Of a stretch of DNA of 64,000 nucleotides, positions 11,785-20,938 are shown piece after piece. Location: positions 2,063,737 to 2,127,736 of the forward strand of contig JADJQR010000001.1 in NCBI GenBank assembly GCA_016712675.1, given 5' to 3'. The notes beneath the pieces are model-generated. The model ran no database searches and was not told where the DNA came from. It was given only the letters and a program-made list of their open reading frames with translations. How positions within the stretch are numbered: position 1 is the stretch's first letter; every line of letters begins with the position of its first letter. The translations under genes and the position numbers were made by a program. This stretch comes from a bacterium. GTDB taxonomy: Bacteria > Krumholzibacteriota > Krumholzibacteriia > LZORAL124-64-63.

Positions 11785-12433
11785 GCCGTCGGGCCCGGGC
11801 CGCGGCGATGTCGTGCTCGTGCTCTGCCGCGGGGCGAGCCGCAGGTTCGGCGCGCCCAAGGCGCTGGCGACCGTCGGGACCGACCCGCGACCACTGCTGG
11901 CGCGCGTGGCAGCCACGTACGCGCGCACGGATCTGGGCCTGCTCCTGGTGGTGACCACTGCGGACCAGGTGCAGGGCTGTTGCGCCTGCCTGGACGGGGC
12001 GGACGCACCGGCGTTCGCGGTGGTGGCCGGGACTGCGGGCGGCGACACGGCGCTGACGATGGCCCTGGCCTCGGCCTGGCTGCAGCAGCAGGGCCAAGCG
12101 GTCACCCGCGTGTGGGCCCACCCGGTGGACCTGCCCCGCGTGCGTCACCGCACGCTGGTGCAGCTGGCGCGCGTGGCTGCGTCCGTCCCCGCGCTGCCGG
12201 TGCGGCCGGCCTGGGGCGGGCAGCCGGGCCACCCGGTGGTCGTGCCGCACGAACTGCTGGCGCGGCTGGCGCCGGCCGCGTCGGCGAGCGACGTGTCGTG
12301 GCGCGCGTTCTATGCGGGCGAAGTGGCGGCGGGCCGTGCGCACGCCGCCGTCGAGGTGCCGGTGGCCGACCCGGGCGTGGTGCTGGACCACGACGATCCG
12401 GGTGACCCGGCCTGGCCGGACGGGGAGGGCTGA
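11768..12433 (+). CDS. MobA/MocA-like nucleotidyltransferase (YgfJ-family molybdenum hydroxylase accessory protein)
   Basis: VVLVLCRGASRRFGAPKALA is the MobA-like NTP-transferase motif. The start ATGATG at 11768 overlaps the yqeC end. Confidence 0.65.
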   Translation: MMTTAEPSGPGRGDVVLVLCRGASRRFGAPKALATVGTDPRPLLARVAATYARTDLGLLLVVTTADQVQGCCACLDGADAPAFAVVAGTAGGDTALTMALASAWLQQQGQAVTRVWAHPVDLPRVRHRTLVQLARVAASVPALPVRPAWGGQPGHPVVVPHELLARLAPAASASDVSWRAFYAGEVAAGRAHAAVEVPVADPGVVLDHDDPGDPAWPDGEG

Positions 12434-12436
12434 GCG

Positions 12437-13303
12437 ATGGCGGACGATCCCTGGCGCACGCCCTGCGAGGGCGATGTGCTGCTGGAACTGGCGGCCATGG
12501 TGCGCGAGCAGCGGGCGGGCGTGCTGGCCACCGTGATCGGGGCCGAACGGTCGACCCCGCGCCAGCCGGGCGCGAAGATGATCATCCACGCCGACGGCCA
12601 CCTGACCGGAAGCGTGGGGGGCGGCCGGGCCGAGGCACACGTGGTGGCGGAAGCGGCCCAGGTTGCTGCCGGCGGTGCCTGCCGCACCGTGTCGATCGAC
12701 CTGGACGGCGATCTGGGCGTGTGCGGCGGCCGGATGTCCGTCTTCCTCGAACCGGTGCTGCGGGCGGTCCCGTTCGTGGTCATCGGGTGCGGACACGTCG
12801 GCCGCGCCCTGGCGACGGTGGGGCGCACGCTGCCGTTCCGCTTCCTGCTGGTGGACGACCGCGCCGACATGCTGGTCGGCCTGCCCGCCGGCGGGAGCCT
12901 GCAGGCGGTGGCCTGCGGGCCCGGCGAACTGGCGGGCGTGCTCCAGGGCGCGGCGGGCGGGGCCGTGCTGGTGGCCAGCCGCGGCCACGCGTGCGACGCG
13001 GACTATCTCGAGGCCCTGCTGCGGGCCGAGGCCGCCCTGTCGCGACCGTTCGCCTTCATCGGCCTGCTCGGCAGCCGCGCCAAGTCGGCGCGCATCCTGG
13101 CCGAACTGGCGGACCGCGGCATCGGGGCCGAGGCGCTGGCCCGTGTGCGGGCGCCGGTCGGGCTGGATCTCGGGGACGAGACGCCGGCCGAGATCGCCCT
13201 CAGCGTGCTGGCCGAAGCGCTGGCCGTGCTGCGCGGGCGCGAGTTGCTGCGCGATGGCGACGGCCGGGAGCTGGGCATCCGCCTGCGGAGGCGGCGGACG
13301 TGA
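12437..13303 (+). CDS. xdhC: XdhC/CoxI-family molybdenum cofactor insertion protein
   Basis: XdhC_CoxI N-domain (VLATVIGAERSTPRQPGAKMIIHADGHLTGSVGGG) and Rossmann domain (FVVIGCGHVGRALA). Confidence 0.75.
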   Translation: MADDPWRTPCEGDVLLELAAMVREQRAGVLATVIGAERSTPRQPGAKMIIHADGHLTGSVGGGRAEAHVVAEAAQVAAGGACRTVSIDLDGDLGVCGGRMSVFLEPVLRAVPFVVIGCGHVGRALATVGRTLPFRFLLVDDRADMLVGLPAGGSLQAVACGPGELAGVLQGAAGGAVLVASRGHACDADYLEALLRAEAALSRPFAFIGLLGSRAKSARILAELADRGIGAEALARVRAPVGLDLGDETPAEIALSVLAEALAVLRGRELLRDGDGRELGIRLRRRRT

Positions 13304-14115
13304 GCAGCGGCGGTGGCATCTGGATCCAGGGCGCGGGCGAGCTGGGTTCGGCGGTAGCCGTGTGCCTGGTGCGCGCGGGCTACCGCGTGGTGCTCGCCGA
13401 GACAGCGCTGCCGATGGCGGTCCGGCGCCTGGTGTGCTTCGCCGAGGCGGTCTACGCCGGCCAGGTGGAGGTGGCGGGCATCGCCGGCCACCTGCGGGAC
13501 GGACACCAGGCGGGTTTCGGCGAGGGCGTCGTGGACATCATCGTCGATCCGGCCGGCGTGCAGCTGGTGCGCCTGCGTCCGCTCGCCTACGTCGACGCGC
13601 GCCTGGCCAAGCGTCCGCCGACGTCCCCTGACCCGGGCCCGATCCCGCGCATCGGTCTGGGGCCGGGGTTCACCTGCGGCGTGGATGCGGACCTGATCGT
13701 GGAGACCCATCGCGAGGCCGGGCCCGGGCGCGTGATCGAGCACGGCGCGGCGGCGCCCGACACGGGCGTGCCCGGGGTGGTGGGCGGGCAGGCGCTGGCC
13801 CGGCTGCTGCGCGCGCCGGCAGCCGGGCGGCTGCGCCCGCGGTGCGCCATCGGCGACCTGGTCACCCAGGGCCAGGTCGTGGGCGAGGTCGGGGGACTGC
13901 CGGTTGTCGCCGGGCTGGACGGGTTGCTGAGGGGCCTGGTGCACGAACGCGCGGAACTTCACGCGGGCGTCAAGGTTGGAGATGTCGATCCCCGCGGCGC
14001 CAGCATCGACCCGCGCGCCGTCTCGGACAAGGGGTGGGCCGTTGGCGATGGTGTGGTCGAGGCCCTGGCCCGGTTGGGTGTCAGCGCGGGCAGATGGGGC
14101 GGGGTCGCCGATTGA
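13300..14115 (+). CDS. yqeB: YqeB/EF2563-family selenium-dependent molybdenum hydroxylase system protein
   Basis: GTG start overlaps the xdhC stop (GTGA). The motifs IWIQGAGELGSAVAVCLVRAGYRVV...IGLGPGF...RVIEHGAAAPDTGVPG...RLLRAP...DVDPRG...SDKGWAVGDGVVEAL are characteristic of TIGR03309. Confidence 0.75.
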   Translation: MSSGGGIWIQGAGELGSAVAVCLVRAGYRVVLAETALPMAVRRLVCFAEAVYAGQVEVAGIAGHLRDGHQAGFGEGVVDIIVDPAGVQLVRLRPLAYVDARLAKRPPTSPDPGPIPRIGLGPGFTCGVDADLIVETHREAGPGRVIEHGAAAPDTGVPGVVGGQALARLLRAPAAGRLRPRCAIGDLVTQGQVVGEVGGLPVVAGLDGLLRGLVHERAELHAGVKVGDVDPRGASIDPRAVSDKGWAVGDGVVEALARLGVSAGRWGGVAD

Positions 14116-14233
14116 CAGAGAGGGGCCCCGGCAATTATGTAAGGGGGGGCTCCGGCTGCTCGACCGGGCCTTTCGTTTTCTGGGGGCGTCGGGTGCGACG
14201 CCGCAGCAGCTTTCCGTGGCTGGAGGTAAGCAC

Positions 14234-15421
14234 GTGATCGGATTGGGCATGAACCACGTGGGCAGGCGCGCATGGGTCGCGGCTCTCGGTCTGGCGGCGT
14301 TGTTGGGCGCCCGGGATGCCGCAGCGGAATGCCAGCCGGGGCAGATGCAGGAAGCCAACCTGCAGTACGTCGAGGCCAAGAAGGCACTCGACGCCCAGAA
14401 CTGGGATCAGGCGCTGCCGAGCCTTCAGTCCATCATCCAGACGTGCCCCGAGCATGTCGAGGCGATGCGGGGCATCGGCATCGCGCAGGTCGGCAAGGAG
14501 CAGTACGAACTGGCGGCGAGGGCTTTCCAGCGGGTCATCGAATTGCGCGGCGAGGACGTGCAGGCCGGGGACTTTGACAACCTCGCCCGGGCTTATGTTC
14601 GCCAGAAGCTCTACAAAGAAGCGCGCGCCGAGTACATGAAGGCCGAGCAGCTGGCGCCGGACGACTGCGGCCTGCTGTTCAACCTGGCGTCGATCCATGA
14701 TGCGGTCGGCTTCTCGACGCAGGCGGTCGACGTCTGTCAGCACCTGCTCGACCTCGACGCCGAATGCCCGAAGGCCCAGGAGAAGGTGCTGGTGCTGATC
14801 GCCAAGGCGGCCGGTCGCGCCAGCGAGCAGCAGAAGCGCGCTGGCAACAACGAGCGCGCCCAGTACTATATGGAGCTGTCGCAGCAGTACGGTGGCCAAG
14901 CCGGCGGTTCGACGACCAGCGACGTGGCCAAGCAGAAGATGAAGGCCGGCGACTACGCCGGCGCGGCGGCGCTCTACGAGAGCATGCTGGCCAAGAACGC
15001 GGAACTGACGAATGCTTGGCTGAACCTGGCCCGCGCCAAGGACCAGGCCGGGGACAAGCCGGGCAGCGTCGAGGCCTACGCGAAGTACCTTGCGCTCAAG
15101 CCGACCGACACCACGGAATGGGGCGCCATGCTGCAGGTGATGGTGGAGGCCGGTCGGTGCGGCGATGCGGCCTCCCAGGCCACGCGGGCCTATGACGAGC
15201 ACCGGGCGAAGGGCCACGAGGCGGTCGCGCCGATCCTGTTCTCGTGGGGCCTGGCGTTGGAATGCCAGAAGGAATACGATGCCGCGCGCACCAAGTTCGC
15301 GCAGTGCGCCGAGAGCGGCAGCGCGCGCTATTCGGCGGCGGCCCGGCAGCAGGTCGAGCGCATGGAAGGCCTCAAGGCCGTGGCCGAGGCGGAGCGGAAG
15401 AAGGCCGCCGGCGGCCGCTGA
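14234..15421 (+). CDS. secreted TPR-repeat protein
   Basis: GGAGG 6 nt upstream of the GTG start, an N-terminal signal peptide (AALGLAALLGA), and several TPR-like helical repeats. Confidence 0.65.
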   Translation: MIGLGMNHVGRRAWVAALGLAALLGARDAAAECQPGQMQEANLQYVEAKKALDAQNWDQALPSLQSIIQTCPEHVEAMRGIGIAQVGKEQYELAARAFQRVIELRGEDVQAGDFDNLARAYVRQKLYKEARAEYMKAEQLAPDDCGLLFNLASIHDAVGFSTQAVDVCQHLLDLDAECPKAQEKVLVLIAKAAGRASEQQKRAGNNERAQYYMELSQQYGGQAGGSTTSDVAKQKMKAGDYAGAAALYESMLAKNAELTNAWLNLARAKDQAGDKPGSVEAYAKYLALKPTDTTEWGAMLQVMVEAGRCGDAASQATRAYDEHRAKGHEAVAPILFSWGLALECQKEYDAARTKFAQCAESGSARYSAAARQQVERMEGLKAVAEAERKKAAGGR

Positions 15422-15522
15422 CCGGGGTGGATGAACCGCCCACGGTGTGCGATATTGTCCCCGCGGGTCGCGCAGGCGGCCCGCGGGGCTTTTTCGTGCC
15501 GCCGAGGGGCGGGGAGGTTCGC

Positions 15523-16677
15523 GTGGGACGCCTGCAGAAGCTGCCGCCATACCTGTTCGCCGCACTGGATGCGGCCAAGCGTCGGGCCCGCGAATCCGGA
15601 GCTTCGGTCATCGACCTGGGCATCGGCGATCCGGATCGGCCGACGCCCGCGGAGTTGATCCGCGTCATGACCGAAGCGATCGCCGACCCGGCTTGCCATC
15701 GGTACCCGGCGCAACGCGGCGATGCGGACCTCAAACGGGCCATCGCGGGCTGGTTGCGGCGGCGCCACGGCGTGGAAGTGGATCCGTCCACGCAGGTGCT
15801 GGTGCTGATCGGCAGCAAGGAAGGTCTGGCGCACCTGCCGGTCACCTGCGTGCAGGAGGGCGACAACACGCTGGTGCCCGACATCGGCTACCCCGTCTAT
15901 GCGCAGGCGACGATCCTGGCCGGCGGCACTCCGCGCACCTTCCGGTTGCGGGCCGCGAACGGCTTCCTGCCGGACCTGGACGAGGTGGCGGCGCTGATGG
16001 ACGACCGCACGCGCCTCCTCTTCCTGAACTACCCCAACAACCCGACCGGGGCAACCGCGGACCAGGGGTTCTGGCGTCGCGCCGCGGACCTCTGCGCGCG
16101 GCGGGGCGTGACGCTGGTCAATGATGCGGCGTACCTGGAGATGTCGCTGGATGGGCTGCCGCAGCCGTGCCTGCTGGGCACTGCCGACCCTGCGCGCGAA
16201 CGTGTGATCGAGTTGCACAGCCTCTCGAAGATGTTCAACATGACCGGCTGGCGCGTCGCCTTCGCGGTCGGGCATCCCGAGCTGGTCGAGGCACTCGGCC
16301 GGGTGAAGGACACGATGGACAGCGGCGTCTTCACAGCCATTCAGCGCACGGCGGCCTACGCCCTGGGTCCGGATTTCGACCGGCTGCTGGCCGGAGTCGC
16401 CGAGCCGTATGCCGCGCGTCGCGAGAAGCTGGTACCCAGGCTGGCTGCAGCCGGGTACGAGGTGTTTCCTTCCCGGGCGACGTTTTATGTCTGGTGCCGA
16501 ATCCCGGGCAACGAGGAGGCGGCCGCCTTCTGCCAGCGTGCGCTGTCCGAGATCGGTGTCGTGGTCACGCCCGGCACGGGTTTCGGCAGCGGGGGCGAAG
16601 GCTGGTTCCGCCTCAGCCTGACGGCGTCCGAGGTCGACCTCGAGGAGGGCGCACGGCGCCTGGCGGGCTGGACATGA
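15523..16677 (+). CDS. dapL: LL-diaminopimelate aminotransferase (class I aminotransferase)
   Basis: KLPPYLFAALDAAKRRARESGASVIDLGIGDPD...NYPNNPTGA; the PLP-binding lysine context (SLSKMFNMTGWRVAF) is present. Confidence 0.75.
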   Translation: MGRLQKLPPYLFAALDAAKRRARESGASVIDLGIGDPDRPTPAELIRVMTEAIADPACHRYPAQRGDADLKRAIAGWLRRRHGVEVDPSTQVLVLIGSKEGLAHLPVTCVQEGDNTLVPDIGYPVYAQATILAGGTPRTFRLRAANGFLPDLDEVAALMDDRTRLLFLNYPNNPTGATADQGFWRRAADLCARRGVTLVNDAAYLEMSLDGLPQPCLLGTADPARERVIELHSLSKMFNMTGWRVAFAVGHPELVEALGRVKDTMDSGVFTAIQRTAAYALGPDFDRLLAGVAEPYAARREKLVPRLAAAGYEVFPSRATFYVWCRIPGNEEAAAFCQRALSEIGVVVTPGTGFGSGGEGWFRLSLTASEVDLEEGARRLAGWT

Positions 16678-17069
16678 TCGACCGCCTGCGTCTGGTCGGC
16701 ATCGATGTCTACGCGTTCCACGGCGCCCACCCGGCCGAGCGCGAACTGGGCCAGAGGTTCAGCGTCGACGTCGAACTGGCTGCCGACCTGGAGGCGGCGG
16801 CCGTACGCGACGACCTGGCGCTCGGCATCGACTACGCGGCGGTGCATGCGAAGGTCGTGGAGACGGCCACCGGTTGCCGCTGCCTGCTGATCGAGGCGCT
16901 GGCGGCCCGGCTGTGTCGGGAGCTGCTGCTCGCGTTTCCCGCAGCCGCGGTGCAGGTGACGGTGCGCAAGACGCAGCCGCCGATCGAGGGCTTCTACGGA
17001 CACGCCGAGGTCACGCTGTCGCGCGACCGCGCCTGGCTGTTGCGCGCCGAGGGCGGGGCCCCGCGATGA
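16674..17069 (+). CDS. folB: dihydroneopterin aldolase
   Basis: MIDRLRLVGIDVYAFHGAHPAERELGQRFSVDVEL; the start overlaps the dapL stop (ATGA). Confidence 0.8.
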   Translation: MIDRLRLVGIDVYAFHGAHPAERELGQRFSVDVELAADLEAAAVRDDLALGIDYAAVHAKVVETATGCRCLLIEALAARLCRELLLAFPAAAVQVTVRKTQPPIEGFYGHAEVTLSRDRAWLLRAEGGAPR

Positions 17070-17653
17070 ACCGGCCTGGCGTGGTGGCCTATCTAGGACT
17101 GGGAAGCAACCAGGGCGACCGCCTGGCTGAGCTGCGGCACGCGGTGGCCGGTCTCTCGGGCCTGCCGGGCGTGGCGATCACGGCGGTCAGCGGCGTCTGG
17201 GAAACCGAACACGTGGGGGAGGGCTGCCAGGACCCGTACCTGAACGCCTGCGTCGAAGTGCGGACCGCTCTGGCCCCGCTGCAGCTGCTGGACGCCCTGA
17301 AGAGGCTCGAAGCCGCTGCCGGTCGCAGCCTGGACGGGCACGGGCAGCCACGGCCGATCGACCTGGACATTCTGCTCTATGGGGACCTGGTCTGCGCAGG
17401 CCCGCGCCTGCGGGTGCCGCACCCGGAACTGGCGAGGCGGGCGTTCGTCCTGGAGCCGTTGGCCCAGATCGCGGCCTCGGTGGTTTGCCCCGATTCGGGG
17501 GAGACAATCGGCGACTCGTGTGCGAAAATAAGGCGTAAAGGTGGGCCGTGGGTGCGGCCGTACTGCGGCGGGGGCCTGCGGGATCCGGGCCCGGCATGCG
17601 AACAAGGAGGACCGGGGTGCTGCCCTGGCGCTACATCGTCGTCGAAGGCGTGA
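17066..17653 (+). CDS. folK: 2-amino-4-hydroxy-6-hydroxymethyldihydropteridine pyrophosphokinase
   Basis: VVAYLGLGSNQGDR...PRPIDLDILLYGD...PHPELARRAFVL. Confidence 0.8.
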   Translation: MNRPGVVAYLGLGSNQGDRLAELRHAVAGLSGLPGVAITAVSGVWETEHVGEGCQDPYLNACVEVRTALAPLQLLDALKRLEAAAGRSLDGHGQPRPIDLDILLYGDLVCAGPRLRVPHPELARRAFVLEPLAQIAASVVCPDSGETIGDSCAKIRRKGGPWVRPYCGGGLRDPGPACEQGGPGCCPGATSSSKA

Positions 17654-18261
17654 TCGGGGTCGGCAAGACCAGCCTCACCAAGCTCCTGGCGACACGGCTG
17701 GGGGGGCGGCTCAACCTCGAGGTTGTCGAGGAGAACCCGTTCCTGGCGAAATTCTACCGCGACCGGGAAGCGTTCGCGTTCCAGACGCAGATCTTCTTCC
17801 TGCTCAGTCGCTACCGGCAGCAGCTGGGACTCGGTCAACAGGACCTGTTCAATGCGGCGCTGGTGTCGGACTACCTGTTCGCCAAGGACCGGATCTTCGC
17901 GAACCTGAACCTGGCCGACGACGAACTGGTGCTGTACGGTCAACTGGCCTCCATCCTCGAGCAGCGCGTGTTGAAGCCCGATCTGGTGATCTACCTGCAG
18001 GCGCGGACCGAGGTGCTGCAGCAGCGCATCCGCTGGCGCGGCCGCTCGTTCGAACAGGAGATGGAGCCGGAATACCTGGAGGCGCTCAATGCGGCCTACA
18101 GCTACTTTTTCCATCACTACAAGGACGCGCCGCTGCTGGTGGTCAACACGGACAATCTCGACTTCGTCAACGTGCCCGGGGATTTCGAGATGCTGTTCGG
18201 GCAACTGACCGAGAAGTTCGCGGGGACACGCTACTACGCGCCCGATTCCCGGCCGGCCTGA
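17617..18261 (+). CDS. deoxynucleoside kinase family protein
   Basis: AAGGAGG 6 nt upstream of the GTG start; RYIVVEGVIGVGKTSL P-loop and dNK-family motifs (ERSFEQ). Confidence 0.75.
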   Translation: MLPWRYIVVEGVIGVGKTSLTKLLATRLGGRLNLEVVEENPFLAKFYRDREAFAFQTQIFFLLSRYRQQLGLGQQDLFNAALVSDYLFAKDRIFANLNLADDELVLYGQLASILEQRVLKPDLVIYLQARTEVLQQRIRWRGRSFEQEMEPEYLEALNAAYSYFFHHYKDAPLLVVNTDNLDFVNVPGDFEMLFGQLTEKFAGTRYYAPDSRPA

Positions 18262-18306
18262 CCGGCCGCGCATCCCTGCCGGCGATGTCCGGCGGAAAGG
18301 CCTCCG

Positions 18307-19254
18307 ATGCAGGAACCGCGTCCGGCCGCGAGCCTCGACGTCTTCGCACGCAGCAAGCGCGAAGGGCGGCCCCTGGTGGTGCTGACCGCGTACGACCTGG
18401 CCAGCGCCCTGATCGGCCGGGGCGGCGGTGTCGATGCGCTGCTGGTTGGCGACTCGCTCGGCATGGTCATGCTCGGGCACGAGACGACGTTGCCGGTGAC
18501 GCTCGCCGATATGGTCCACCACTGCCGCGCCGTGCAGCGCGCCCGCACGGGGCTGCCGGTCATTGCCGACCTGCCGTACGGCACGTTCCATGTCAGCGCG
18601 GCGGACACCGCCAGGGCCGGGCTCAGGCTCGTGCAGGAGGCCGGCGTCCAGGCCGTGAAGCTCGAGGGTGGTCGCCGGCGTGCCGACGCCATCGCGGCCC
18701 TGCTCGATGCCGAGATCCCGGTGATGGGGCACCTCGGCCTGACGCCCCAGTCGGTGAACCGGCTGGGCGGCTACCGGGTGCAGGGACGGGGCGTCGCGGC
18801 CGAGGAGCAGGTGCTGGAGGATGCCGCGTTCCTGGCCGCGGCCGGCTGTTTCGCCATCGTGCTGGAGTGCGTGCCGGCACCGCTGGCGGCGCGGGTGACC
18901 GCAACGGTGGACGTGCCGACAATCGGAATCGGGGCGGGTCCCGGGTGCGACGGTCAGGTCCTGGTCTTCCACGACCTCCTGGGCCTGCTCCCGGGTGCGG
19001 CGCCGCGGTTCGTCAGGCGCTACGCCGATCTCGGGCGCCAGGCCACCGAGGCCGTTGCGGCGTACGCGTCCGACGTGCGGCAAGGGTTGTTTCCGGGCGC
19101 CGAGCACAGTTACGGCGGCGGACCCGTCGACGCCGCCACGGGGTCGAGCGCCGGGGCCAAGGGTGATCTGGCCAAGGGTGATCCGGCCGACGGTGACCTG
19201 GACGGGCCCGCCTATCCGGACGGCCGCGCGACGGACGGGGCGGTCGCCGGATGA
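18307..19254 (+). CDS. panB: 3-methyl-2-oxobutanoate hydroxymethyltransferase with a ~45-aa Gly/Asp/Ala-rich C-terminal extension
   Basis: VVLTAYD...LLVGDSLGMVMLGHETT...VKLEGG...GHLGLTPQS. Confidence 0.9.
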   Translation: MQEPRPAASLDVFARSKREGRPLVVLTAYDLASALIGRGGGVDALLVGDSLGMVMLGHETTLPVTLADMVHHCRAVQRARTGLPVIADLPYGTFHVSAADTARAGLRLVQEAGVQAVKLEGGRRRADAIAALLDAEIPVMGHLGLTPQSVNRLGGYRVQGRGVAAEEQVLEDAAFLAAAGCFAIVLECVPAPLAARVTATVDVPTIGIGAGPGCDGQVLVFHDLLGLLPGAAPRFVRRYADLGRQATEAVAAYASDVRQGLFPGAEHSYGGGPVDAATGSSAGAKGDLAKGDPADGDLDGPAYPDGRATDGAVAG

Positions 19255-20141
19255 TCGTCCTGCGCGGGTCCGGGGAACTGGGCAGGCTCGAGGCCCTTCG
19301 GGAGAACGCGCCGCTGGTGCTGGTGCCGACCATGGGGGCGTTGCACGAGGGCCACCTGACGCTGGTCCGGCAGGCCGCGGTGCATGGGCAGGTCGTCGTC
19401 ACGATCTTCGTGAACCCGACCCAGTTCGGGCCCGGCGAGGACTTCGCGGCCTACCCCCGCGACCTGGACGAGGACCTGCGGCTGCTGGCCGGGACGCCGA
19501 CCGTCGCCGTCTTCGCTCCAGCGGTGGGCGACGTGTACGGGCGTCCGGGCGAAGTGACCGTGCGGGCCGGGCGGCGCGCCGAGGGCCTGTGCGGCGCCCT
19601 GCGGCCGGGCCATTTCGACGGCGTGCTGACGGTCGTGGCCAAGCTCTTCGGCATGGTCCGGCCGAGCCTCGCCCTGTTCGGACGCAAGGACGCGCAGCAG
19701 TGCCTGGTGCTCGAGCAGATGGTCCACGACCTGCGGCTGCCGGTACGCCTGCTGGACGTGCCGACGGTGCGGGAACCGGACGGGCTGGCGATGTCCTCGC
19801 GCAACCGCTACCTGGATGCCGGGCAGCGGCAACGGGCACTGTGCCTGGCCCGCGCGCTGGCTGCCGGCCGGGCGTGCCTGGCGGACGGCCAGCGGGCGAC
19901 TGCCGCGGTCGAGGCGGCCATGCGCGCCGAACTGGTCGCTGCCGACAGCGTGGACTACGCGGCGGTCCGGCTGCTGCCGGAACTGGAGATGACGGCGTCG
20001 ATACAAGACGGTCGCGTGCTGCTGGCCGTGGCCGCGCGCGTCGGTCCGGCGCGCCTGATCGACAACCTCGCGTTGCGCGTCGAGCGCGGCGCCGTGATGG
20101 AAGCCGGCCTGATGGGCGGCGGCGATGCCGCCGGGACCTGA
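19251..20141 (+). CDS. panC: pantoate--beta-alanine ligase
   Basis: LVPTMGALHEGHLTLV...VVVTIFVNPTQF; the start overlaps the panB stop. Confidence 0.9.
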   Translation: MIVLRGSGELGRLEALRENAPLVLVPTMGALHEGHLTLVRQAAVHGQVVVTIFVNPTQFGPGEDFAAYPRDLDEDLRLLAGTPTVAVFAPAVGDVYGRPGEVTVRAGRRAEGLCGALRPGHFDGVLTVVAKLFGMVRPSLALFGRKDAQQCLVLEQMVHDLRLPVRLLDVPTVREPDGLAMSSRNRYLDAGQRQRALCLARALAAGRACLADGQRATAAVEAAMRAELVAADSVDYAAVRLLPELEMTASIQDGRVLLAVAARVGPARLIDNLALRVERGAVMEAGLMGGGDAAGT

Positions 20142-20171
20142 CGCGACGGGCAAGGACCATAGGAGAGGACC

Positions 20172-20936
20172 ATGGGACAGGACGACATCGAGATCTGGGG
20201 CGGGCCGGTGGACGCCATCGTGCTTGCGGCCGGCAAGGGCACGCGCATGAAGAGCGATCTGCCGAAAGTGCTCCACCGGCTGGCGGGGCGCCCGCTACTG
20301 GACCACGTGTTGGACACCGCGGCCGGCGCCGGCGTCGGCCACACGGTCGTGGTCGTCGGACACGAGGCGGAACTGGTCAAACGGACCTGCGGGCGCCCGG
20401 GACTCGACTTCGCGCTGCAGCAGCCACAGCTTGGGACCGGGCACGCCGCGCAGGTCGCAATGCCGGCCGTACGCACGGGCGGCTGGTGCGTGGTACTGGC
20501 GGGCGACGTTCCCCTGCTGCGGGTCTCCACGCTGCGACGCCTGATCGAAGGCACGGTGCGCGGTGGCGCGGCCGCCAGCGTCCTGACGTGCGTCGTCGAT
20601 GATGCCGGGGCCTACGGACGCATCGTCAAGGATCAGGCCGGCAATGTGCAGAGGATCGTCGAGGCGCGCGATGCCACGGCCGCCGAACTGGCGATCGGCG
20701 AATACAACAGCGGCGTCTTCTGCTTCCGCGCCGCCGACCTGGCCGAGGCGCTGGCGAACCTGACGACGGACAACGACCAGGGCGAGTACTACCTGACCGA
20801 CACGGTGGCGTACCTGGTGGGCCGGGGGCGCGCGGTCACGGCGGTCCGGGCGGATGACCCCGGAGAGGTTGTCGGGATCAACACGGTGGACGAACTGGCC
20901 GTGGCCGAGACGCTGCTGGCCGGGCGGGCGCGGTAG
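20172..20936 (+). CDS. sugar-1-phosphate nucleotidyltransferase (GlmU N-terminal-domain-like, no acetyltransferase domain)
   Basis: AIVLAAGKGTRMKSDLPKVLHRLAGRPLLDHVL matches the GlmU pyrophosphorylase domain. The protein stops at 254 aa with no left-handed beta-helix region. Confidence 0.7.
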   Translation: MGQDDIEIWGGPVDAIVLAAGKGTRMKSDLPKVLHRLAGRPLLDHVLDTAAGAGVGHTVVVVGHEAELVKRTCGRPGLDFALQQPQLGTGHAAQVAMPAVRTGGWCVVLAGDVPLLRVSTLRRLIEGTVRGGAAASVLTCVVDDAGAYGRIVKDQAGNVQRIVEARDATAAELAIGEYNSGVFCFRAADLAEALANLTTDNDQGEYYLTDTVAYLVGRGRAVTAVRADDPGEVVGINTVDELAVAETLLAGRAR

Positions 20937-20938
20937 GC

